Positions 56,753 to 64,000 of a stretch of DNA of 64,000 bases are shown piece after piece; within the stretch, counting starts at the first letter, position 1, and each line of letters starts with the position of its first letter. Below the pieces are notes generated by a model. That model ran no database searches, was not told the DNA's origin, and worked only from the letters and a program-made list of their open reading frames with translations. This DNA is from Cyanobacteria bacterium auto_48_18 (GTDB taxonomy: Bacteria; Cyanobacteriota; Vampirovibrionia; Obscuribacterales; Obscuribacteraceae): assembly GCA_036170915.1 (NCBI GenBank), contig JAVHQC010000015.1:115798-179797 (forward strand), given 5' to 3'. The translations under genes were made by a program, and so were the position numbers.

Positions 56753-58087
56753 TTGTTTGTGAAAATTAGAGCTGCTTTTCTTTTAGCAATTATTATCGGT
56801 GCCCTGGCCGGCCAGATAGCGACAACGGCACCAGTAGCTGCTCGCGGTTTTGGTGGTGGCGGGTTCAGTCGCGGTGGCGGTGGTTTTGGTGGATTTCACG
56901 GTGGCGGCGGCGATTTCGGTGGATTCCGTGGTGGCGGTGGCTTTGATCGCGGTGGCGATTTTGGTGGATTTCGCGGCGGCGGCGATTTTGGCGGTGGTGC
57001 CTTTGGTGGCGCACATGTTGATGCGGGTCGATTTGCCGGCTCGGACAATATGGGTATTCGCAACTATGGTGGCATAAGTGGCAGACCAGCTGGTAGCGGC
57101 CACCTTCCTACTGATGGTGGGCTTTCCAGCTTTGCCGGCAATCGCGCCAACGTTGCTCATAATCCCACAACCATTAATTCCAATAGCCTCAGTACTCAAG
57201 GAAATAGCATTCGCAATTCCTTTAATCATGATGGCTTCAATCACGATAATTTCACTAACGTTAACGTCAATCATTATGGTGGCGGCTATCACGGTTATGG
57301 CTATCACGGGTATGGCTATCGTGGTTACGGCTATCACGGCTGGGGCTGGGGTGGCTATCCAGGCGGCTGGTACGCTCCTGGTTGGTCACAGGCTGCGGCC
57401 TGGACATTCATGGGAGTCTCCACTTTGACTTCGTTTCTTGGTATTGGCATGATGGATGCGGCCATGTCTGGTGGTGGCTCTGGTGGTGGCTCAAATAATG
57501 GCAACACAACCAACAATATTACTTACGAAGGCGACAATGTTTACATGAATGGCCAGCCTCAAGGTACTGCCCAGCAGTATTACCAACAGGCTAAGCAACT
57601 GGCGGCGGTGGCAACTGCACCGCAAGAACTAACAGCTCAGACTGCTGCACAGAATCTAGCAGGTGTGACTAATGACGGTTACGGACAAACTGCTGATAGT
57701 GACCCGAGCACTCCGGCTAACTATACTGACCCTAATGAAAAATGGCAGGCGCTGGGCGTCTTCGCTTTAGCCGACCAGGGTCAGACCGATTCTAATATGC
57801 TGTTGCAATTAGCCATCAATCAGAAGGGAATTTTGCGCGGTAATTACACTAATCAATTGACGAACGAAAATTCGCAAATTTATGGTGCCCTGGATAAAAA
57901 GACACAGCGAATTTCGTGGACCATCGGTAGCAACAACAGCACTGTATTTGATACCAGGCTCGCTGATCTGGTTAAGGACGACAGCCAGGTTCTGGTGCAC
58001 TATGGCCCAGACAATACAAAGACCATGGCTCTAATTCGTCTGCCGGCTCCCAAAGATGACGCCAAACCATCGCAACAAGCAAGCTAG
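56753..58087 (+). CDS. Secreted Gly-rich surface protein with conserved C-terminal domain
   Basis: Signal peptide, GGGDFGGFR and GYHGY repeats, WQALGVFAL..LQLAINQKGILRGNY. Confidence 0.75.
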   Translation: MFVKIRAAFLLAIIIGALAGQIATTAPVAARGFGGGGFSRGGGGFGGFHGGGGDFGGFRGGGGFDRGGDFGGFRGGGDFGGGAFGGAHVDAGRFAGSDNMGIRNYGGISGRPAGSGHLPTDGGLSSFAGNRANVAHNPTTINSNSLSTQGNSIRNSFNHDGFNHDNFTNVNVNHYGGGYHGYGYHGYGYRGYGYHGWGWGGYPGGWYAPGWSQAAAWTFMGVSTLTSFLGIGMMDAAMSGGGSGGGSNNGNTTNNITYEGDNVYMNGQPQGTAQQYYQQAKQLAAVATAPQELTAQTAAQNLAGVTNDGYGQTADSDPSTPANYTDPNEKWQALGVFALADQGQTDSNMLLQLAINQKGILRGNYTNQLTNENSQIYGALDKKTQRISWTIGSNNSTVFDTRLADLVKDDSQVLVHYGPDNTKTMALIRLPAPKDDAKPSQQAS

Positions 58088-58100
58088 GTTTGGTTTCAAA

Positions 58101-58409
58101 TTAGTCGTCGTGCATCTCGCGTCTGGCTTCGCCATAATGTTTAGCCGCTCTTTCTCTTTGTTTACGAGCGTGTCTTTCGTGCATGCGAGCCATAAAACCG
58201 TTTCCTCGCGCTCTGCTCACCCGAGCATTTTGCTCAGATTTACGGGCGTCACGGAGGTCTTCACGAGCTTCTTCTCTTTCTTCACGAGCGTCTTTGCTGT
58301 CGGCTTGAGCTGGTTGAACCGTCGAGGTGAAAGCCGCACCACAGACCATCATGGCAGCAAGACCTAGAACTCTCACGCGGCGAAGATCCATTTTTAAATC
58401 CAATTTCAT
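58101..58409 (-). CDS. Small secreted highly charged helical protein (102 aa)
   Basis: GGAG SD before ATG 58409; signal peptide ending AQA; Arg/Glu-rich mature part. Confidence 0.75.
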   Translation of the reverse strand: MKLDLKMDLRRVRVLGLAAMMVCGAAFTSTVQPAQADSKDAREEREEAREDLRDARKSEQNARVSRARGNGFMARMHERHARKQRERAAKHYGEARREMHDD

Positions 58410-58566
58410 TGCCAGTTCTCCATAAAGGTTGTTTCGCTTGTGCGGTACATTTAATTTGCATAGACCGCAAAGCGATACGAAAGTTCCAGAAAAGTCAATC
58501 AGGCGCCAATTGCACGTATAATTGCAGAACTTCGCTTGAATTTGCCGACTCGAATTGAGGATCCCA

Positions 58567-59214
58567 ATGTCTTGTAACTGGCGTGCGCTTATTTGTTCAC
58601 TAATTGCTGTTGCCACTCTGGCGGGTTGTAGCAGTCTCAAGCCGACTCCAGTTGTAAAAGGCAAATGGGGTTTTATCAACAAGAAGGGCACTTTTATATT
58701 TAAGCCCCAGTTTGATGAAGCATCCGAATTTACAGAGAAAGGTGCCATCGTCAGACAAGACAAGCGTTTAATGAGACTGCAGGCTAATCCGCCAGGTGAA
58801 TCTAGCGCTCCGGTTGGCCCAGATGACAAGCCGGTTCTAGCCCCTCTTCCTGCAATTGAATGCGCCCAGGCGGGTGGCGTGAAGAAATTTAAAATCATGG
58901 ATGGCGACAAAGTTTTCTTTGATCCGGAATCAAAGGATGAGCCACCCAAAATATTGGCCGACGGCGGTTTTATCTGCGCTAAGTTTGATACGCAGTATGC
59001 GTATATTGACAAGACAGGTGGCCTTGGCATCCCCCGATGGTTTCCCGAAGCCAAACCATTTGCCGATGGACGCGCGGCAGTAAAAGAGAATGGCCACTGG
59101 GGATATATCAATAAGAAGGGAATTTTTGTGGTGCCACCCAAATTTTTAGATGCGGGCACTTTTTTCGATGGTCTCGCGCCTGTAAAAGTTCTCGATGATA
59201 CTCCACCAACTTAG
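58567..59214 (+). CDS. WG-repeat (KWG) lipoprotein
   Basis: Lipobox LAGC; KWGFINKKG, WGYINKKG, FADGRAAV, FFDGLAPV. Confidence 0.88.
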   Translation: MSCNWRALICSLIAVATLAGCSSLKPTPVVKGKWGFINKKGTFIFKPQFDEASEFTEKGAIVRQDKRLMRLQANPPGESSAPVGPDDKPVLAPLPAIECAQAGGVKKFKIMDGDKVFFDPESKDEPPKILADGGFICAKFDTQYAYIDKTGGLGIPRWFPEAKPFADGRAAVKENGHWGYINKKGIFVVPPKFLDAGTFFDGLAPVKVLDDTPPT

Positions 59215-59250
59215 TACGTACTGTACGTAAGTAATCACAAGGCTATTCAG

Positions 59251-61497
59251 TTGGCTAAATACTGCCTTGCCATCTTCGCTCTGATCTTCATATGTGGGCT
59301 CACGGCCTGCAGCAACCCTTTTACACGTGTGGAAAAGCAGACACTGAACGCGGCAGTAGACGTGCCGGTGACCGATCCTGTAGTTCGTCGGCTTACTGAA
59401 GTTACCTCAAGTATAGACATTATGGCCGACGGCGAATTTAACGCCGGCACTTATCAATTTAAAAACATGTTGGTGGCAGTACAGCCCAACACTAGATTTC
59501 ATTTGAATCTAACTCTACCGATTAAAAACGCTGCTCTGATTTCAACCAATAAAGCCACAGGATCGTTTTCCACTACTGAGATTATCGCTATCAACGGCAT
59601 TCCGGTGCCAAAAGAAATTGATTTAGAAGAAGGAAAAGTCAGCGCTCAATTTGATCTAGCTCGCTCTATGGCGGCTTTCTTTTTCAGCCTTTTGCAGGCC
59701 GGAACGGAGAGCAACGATTTGCGTGCCATGATCGATTCTGTCTTAATTCAGAAAGCAGCTCTGCAGCTGCGCGAAGGTTCGATACTTGATTTAGACGGTC
59801 GCGCCATTGTTGTTGGCCCTAAATCTAGTGTCACTTTCAACGATGTTGTAGTCGACCATGAGTTTAACTATCGCGGCGAATGCAATATTGCCTTGAACTT
59901 TCTCAAGGGCTGCCGTTGGGTGGGCAAAAAAGTAAACTGTGAGTTCGATGGTGGCGCAGCTAATTTACGTTTAATAGCTACTAAAGTAAATGAAGAAATC
60001 GTACTTTCTCTAGACACGGAAAAACCAAAAAAACAGATACTGAATCTCGCGCCTTGCTTTTTTAGGTTCGGCAAGAATAAGCGCTCGAGCACTCTTAGTC
60101 GCAGTGTCGATATTGATTTGAAAGACTTCAGCTGGCGGCATGGGCAGGGCGATAACTTTTCAATTATGCACATGCTCGGACTGATGAAATTGCAGCACAC
60201 TGATCTTGATTTGATTACTGATACTCACGAGACTGTGGCTCTTTTTCCTGACGTGGTGCACGCTAAATTAGAAATAAGTGAAGACGAAAAAGGTAAGGCC
60301 ACCCATTTTGCCACGCTCGGTTCAGCCCGCGCTCAGCAAGGTCAAATTACCATCGCCAAAAAGACTACGCGATTGATTCTCTCTCTGGCTGAAACAGTTA
60401 TTGGCCCGGTGTCTTTCGATAAAACCGGAAACCTTGAGTTTTTTCTTGAGAAAGGCGTAGCCAAACTTAAAAAACTTGAGTGGTTCGGTAATAGAAGCCA
60501 CTTTTCACTGGTTACGGCGGGCCTTTCTACTCTATCGCTGCCAGAAGGTATGCTGGTGGAAAAATCATCGGCCGCAGGCGCTAAGACACATCTAACGCTG
60601 CCACTGACCATAAGGCTGGGCGCAGCCACCTTAAAGGGTGGCGGTGACGCCATCAAGCTCACGGATCTCTCTGGTGAAATATTGGTCAACGTTGATAAAG
60701 AAGTAGAGCTGACCAGCAAAATGGATTTTAGCCTTCCCGATTCAAAAATGTTTTCGCACCAGCAGGCGGAAGTTAAAGTACGTGGGTTGGATCTTTCAGT
60801 GACCCAGGGTAAATCAAAGGTTCATTTGCGCAATTGCTCTGTACTGGTGCCAGATCAAGTTTTAGTTGATGCGATCACTAAACATGTGCCCACAGAATTT
60901 TCCTTTGATCTCAATCGAAAACTGTCTGAAAACAAGCGCTGGCGCTACCGCAATGCTACTGCTACAAAGGTAAGCGTCACTAATTTTAAAGTTACCCAAA
61001 TGGATCCAAAACCACCCAATATCATCAACTTCGATGCGGAAGGTGATGTCAGTCTTGATGGCACCATCGAGAAGACCGGCATCATTGGCGGTGGCAGAAA
61101 AAATGATATAGATAATAAAGATGCCGACAAGTGGGAGGTCAAACCCTGGAATTTATCGGGCCATTTGGAAGGTTCAGGTAAAGTCACATATCGCTTTATA
61201 CCCAGCGGAAAGGGTTTGAAAAGTGTACTGGATTATGACCTGTCAATGGACGTGCCGCTTTCTTCCGATCTCGAATTAGATTGGAGCAATGTCGCTAAGG
61301 GTATTCTTAAATTCGCCGAAAAGCGCATGATTGTTGGCCATTTGCGCAAAGTGACTGTGCCGCTTAAATATCATCATCAGATGGAGCTGTTCAACAAGAA
61401 CTCAGCCATGTCGCGCTCATTCACTATTGTGCAGCTTTCTGTTAAGCCGGTTCAAACAGCTATGCAAATAGATTTTGCCGCCGAGGGAAGTTTCTAA
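59251..61497 (+). CDS. Large beta-strand-rich lipoprotein of unknown function
   Basis: Lipobox LTAC; 748 aa with alternating hydrophobic pattern. Confidence 0.7.
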   Translation: MAKYCLAIFALIFICGLTACSNPFTRVEKQTLNAAVDVPVTDPVVRRLTEVTSSIDIMADGEFNAGTYQFKNMLVAVQPNTRFHLNLTLPIKNAALISTNKATGSFSTTEIIAINGIPVPKEIDLEEGKVSAQFDLARSMAAFFFSLLQAGTESNDLRAMIDSVLIQKAALQLREGSILDLDGRAIVVGPKSSVTFNDVVVDHEFNYRGECNIALNFLKGCRWVGKKVNCEFDGGAANLRLIATKVNEEIVLSLDTEKPKKQILNLAPCFFRFGKNKRSSTLSRSVDIDLKDFSWRHGQGDNFSIMHMLGLMKLQHTDLDLITDTHETVALFPDVVHAKLEISEDEKGKATHFATLGSARAQQGQITIAKKTTRLILSLAETVIGPVSFDKTGNLEFFLEKGVAKLKKLEWFGNRSHFSLVTAGLSTLSLPEGMLVEKSSAAGAKTHLTLPLTIRLGAATLKGGGDAIKLTDLSGEILVNVDKEVELTSKMDFSLPDSKMFSHQQAEVKVRGLDLSVTQGKSKVHLRNCSVLVPDQVLVDAITKHVPTEFSFDLNRKLSENKRWRYRNATATKVSVTNFKVTQMDPKPPNIINFDAEGDVSLDGTIEKTGIIGGGRKNDIDNKDADKWEVKPWNLSGHLEGSGKVTYRFIPSGKGLKSVLDYDLSMDVPLSSDLELDWSNVAKGILKFAEKRMIVGHLRKVTVPLKYHHQMELFNKNSAMSRSFTIVQLSVKPVQTAMQIDFAAEGSF

Positions 61498-61503
61498 AGG
61501 AGC

Positions 61504-61815
61504 TTAGCCGTTCAGCATTGCCGCTTTGATCAGGCGCTTTTTTGCCACCAGTGGGGCGATAGCAGCACCAAGGATTTTAAGGCGTTCTGTATTTTCGTGT
61601 TCTTTAACCGCGTCGGCGTCAGCATAAAATTCGGTTAGCCAGATGCAGTCAGTATCAGGCTCACCGTTATCTTTGATTAACTCCAGCACGTCAAAGCGCA
61701 AGCAACCTTTTTCTTCGTTCTGACTGCGCTGTGAATGTTCGCATATAAGTTTTTCAAATTCTGGTCGCGCACCTTTATGGAGCTGAAATTCGACAATGAT
61801 GGCAATCTGTGGCAA
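61504..61815 (-). CDS. Antibiotic biosynthesis monooxygenase (ABM/LsrG-like) family protein
   Basis: EKGCLRFDV, EFYADADAVKEH. Confidence 0.8.
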   Translation of the reverse strand: MPQIAIIVEFQLHKGARPEFEKLICEHSQRSQNEEKGCLRFDVLELIKDNGEPDTDCIWLTEFYADADAVKEHENTERLKILGAAIAPLVAKKRLIKAAMLNG

Positions 61816-61854
61816 AACATTTTCCTCTAATTAGTCTGCCTGATTGTACCGACG

Positions 61855-63534
61855 TCAGACCAATTTATCGATATTGACAAAGGTAGATTCCATATCGCCA
61901 CCTTCTTCCGGCTCACCATGTTTGACTGGTTTAAGCGGCACTACCATCCAGAATTTGGAGCCCTTGCCTGCTACGCTGGTCATTCCCAGTTCACCTTTCA
62001 TACTTTCGGCAAATTGCTTGCATATGCTCAAGCCTAAGCCAGTGCCGCCAAAATGTTTGGCAATGCTTGAATTGGCCTGACTGAAGGCTTCAAAAAGTTT
62101 CGACTGCTGGCCGGCTTCAATGCCGATACCTGTATCTTCAACCAAGAATTTCACCCATATTTGTTCTGCTTCGATTTTTTCTGTCTCGATTTCTTCTCTA
62201 TAGATGCGCAGTGTGACCGACCCGGTGGATGTAAATTTGACGGCGTTATGACAAAAGTTTATGACTACTTGTCTGATTCTCAACGAGTCTCCAATAAGCT
62301 CTGCAGGCACGCTTGCGTCTACGATAGAGGAAAGCGCAAGGTTCTTTTGTTTGGCCACTGGTTCGACTGTTTGAATTATTTCCGCCACCAGTTCTCGAAT
62401 ATTGAATGGTTGTAGGCTAGGCGACGATTTGGCTTCAACACGCTGCATATCAAGCAAGTCATTGAGTACTTGCATCAGTCGCCTTGACGACGCGTATGCC
62501 GTTTCTGCAATCTCTTTAGTTTCGCCTTCCAGCGGTTCTTGCGAGAGCAGCTCGGTCAAGCTCACTACTCCAGAAAGCGGTGTGCGCACTTCGTGACTGA
62601 CTAGCTGAGCGAATCGTGTTTTGTTGGCGGCGGCCTCAAGTGCTTCTTCTTTAGAGGCAATGGCCTGGCGTAATGCCTCAGCGCGCTCTGCGTCAAGTGA
62701 ACCAATGGTGGTGGCTACTCGCAGCACCGCTAGTGGTAAAAACACTACTGTCAGTATCGCCGCAACCATCAAGTTGACAGTTTTCCACTGTTCGAAACCA
62801 CCTGCTAAACCAATTAGCGGAATAATGGCAATCCAGGGCAGCAGGCGCCGAAGGACAAAGCCACCTAGACCAGGCTCTACAACAACTCTGGCATAACCTT
62901 CACCCGCACGCAAAAGTAGGAGACTGCATCCTGCCGCACTGAGCATGATGCTCATGGTAAAAGCAATCTCGGTGCCTCCCCAGAATTCTTTCAGAGCAGA
63001 GAGGCCGAAAGCATGACCAAGTAGCGCCAATTGACCCACGCAAAGAGTGCTGAAAGCAAGCACTTGATCCAAATTTGTTTTTCTACCATAAGCCAGATGC
63101 GATAAGACTGCACCCATAGACAAACTGAAAAAAGCGATGGACGCGTTAGCTGCCATGCGGCCAGGAATCGCCGTCGCGCGCGTGTTGCCTTCTTCGGCTG
63201 CGAGCAGTTGATCGATTCCAAGGTTCCATCCGCTTATCCACTCCAACACTGTGATACCAGATACGGCGGCAGCAGCAGCAGCTAGAGCAATGGGAATGAT
63301 GCGGGGTACTTCCCTCAGGCTGAACAAAATTGAACAACTGCACAAAATCAGACATAAGGCGGCATTAGCTTTGATCAGCGTGCCCATGTGAGTCTGATTC
63401 TGCAGAAATTCTAAATGGGATACTGCGCCAAGCAGAGCAGCGGCACCATAAAGTGCCGTGAAAACCGCCAGACCTGCGCAAATTTTGCGGCAAATCTTGA
63501 TGTGGGGATTATTTATGTCTGTAATAGATTGCAC
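61855..63534 (-). CDS. Membrane-bound sensor histidine kinase (HisKA + HATPase)
   Basis: Multi-TM N-terminus; VSHEVRTPL, NAVKFT, DTGIG, FSQ, GGTGLGL. Confidence 0.92.
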   Translation of the reverse strand: MQSITDINNPHIKICRKICAGLAVFTALYGAAALLGAVSHLEFLQNQTHMGTLIKANAALCLILCSCSILFSLREVPRIIPIALAAAAAAVSGITVLEWISGWNLGIDQLLAAEEGNTRATAIPGRMAANASIAFFSLSMGAVLSHLAYGRKTNLDQVLAFSTLCVGQLALLGHAFGLSALKEFWGGTEIAFTMSIMLSAAGCSLLLLRAGEGYARVVVEPGLGGFVLRRLLPWIAIIPLIGLAGGFEQWKTVNLMVAAILTVVFLPLAVLRVATTIGSLDAERAEALRQAIASKEEALEAAANKTRFAQLVSHEVRTPLSGVVSLTELLSQEPLEGETKEIAETAYASSRRLMQVLNDLLDMQRVEAKSSPSLQPFNIRELVAEIIQTVEPVAKQKNLALSSIVDASVPAELIGDSLRIRQVVINFCHNAVKFTSTGSVTLRIYREEIETEKIEAEQIWVKFLVEDTGIGIEAGQQSKLFEAFSQANSSIAKHFGGTGLGLSICKQFAESMKGELGMTSVAGKGSKFWMVVPLKPVKHGEPEEGGDMESTFVNIDKLV

Positions 63535-63606
63535 TGCAGTTGAACATCTATCCGAGAATATCGCCTGATAGAGTCAGAAAACCGAGCTCTACCAGGCCTA
63601 AATTAA

Positions 63607-63999
63607 TTAGCGGGCGCTTTTTTTACCTCCTGTAGTCTTCTGTCCGGCAGCTGAACTGCCCTTCTTTTGTGGCTTGCTTTTGGCGGCTGTCTTTTTAGCG
63701 GCAGCCGGTTTTTTCGCTACAGAGGCTTTGGTTTTAGCAGCAGGCTTGGCCTTAGCTTTAGCAGCAGGCTTGGCTTTAACTTTAGCAGCAGGCTTGGCTT
63801 TAGCTTTAGCAGCAGGCTTGGCCTTAGCTTTAGCAGCAGGCTTGGCCTTAGCTTTAGCAGCAGGCTTGGCTTTTGCTTTAGCAGCTGGTTTGGCTTTAGC
63901 TTTAGCAGCTGGTTTGGCTTCAGCTTTAGCAGCAGGCTTGGCTTTAGCTTTAGCAGCAGGCTTGGCTTTAGCTTTAGCAGCAGGCTTGGCTTTAGCTTT
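63607..63999 (-). CDS. Histone H1-like Lys/Ala/Pro-rich protein or tail (5' part beyond window end)
   Basis: Own translation: (KAKAKPAA)n..SVAKKPAAAKKTAAKSKPQKKGSSAAGQKTTGGKKSAR*, stop TAA 63607-63609. Confidence 0.85.
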   Translation of the reverse strand, partial: KAKAKPAAKAKAKPAAKAKAKPAAKAEAKPAAKAKAKPAAKAKAKPAAKAKAKPAAKAKAKPAAKAKAKPAAKVKAKPAAKAKAKPAAKTKASVAKKPAAAKKTAAKSKPQKKGSSAAGQKTTGGKKSAR

Positions 64000-64000
64000 A
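63733..64000. repeat. 24-bp coding tandem repeat, about 11 copies visible
   Basis: TTAGCAGCAGGCTTGGCTTTAGCT with mostly synonymous variants. Confidence 0.95.

Noticed and set aside
58410..59159. 352-aa minus-strand ORF 58101-59159
   Set aside because: The upstream part is the antisense shadow of the WG-repeat lipoprotein; the real gene starts at ATG 58409 with SD and signal peptide
59213..59229. TACGTAC-T-GTACGTA as cyanobacterial LexA box
   Set aside because: Spacing does not fit RGTAC-NNN-DGTWC and it sits between co-directional genes unrelated to SOS

Overview
Chromosomal, mostly housekeeping/accessory window (roughly 50% GC by eye) with no rRNA, tRNA, CRISPR array or intact mobile element that I can see. 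A cyanobacterial-type RpaA and SigF-like sigma factor, a PilB with Cys-rich tail, several LRV-repeat proteins and no photosynthesis genes suggest a non-photosynthetic cyanobacterial relative (Vampirovibrionia/Melainabacteria; inference). Main blocks: (1) type IV pilus locus pilB-pilT-pilC-[frameshifted ORF]-sigF-like-ABC(pilH/pilI-like)-pilD; (2) envelope O-acylation locus with one MBOAT ending in FIYFQF plus four paralogous SGNH/DltD-like proteins; (3) J-domain protein-der-plsY-htrA-rpaA; (4) acyP, dnaX and an adenine/adenosine deaminase lacking a canonical start codon; (5) an IS1595-transposase-derived protein whose DDE core appears replaced by a DprA-type winged helix, next to a strand-specific, highly structured ~190-nt non-coding region; (6) CHASE2 kinase/NarL regulator and a VIT-vWA protein; (7) dxs, recR, ybaB, a small membrane ORF plus an active/inactive acyltransferase pair; (8) hemerythrin and three LRV proteins; (9) accessory secreted proteins, a circularly permuted DHH-like enzyme, SUKH-ankyrin protein, histidine kinase and a truncated histone H1-like repeat protein. 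All family calls come from motif recognition by eye, not database searches.
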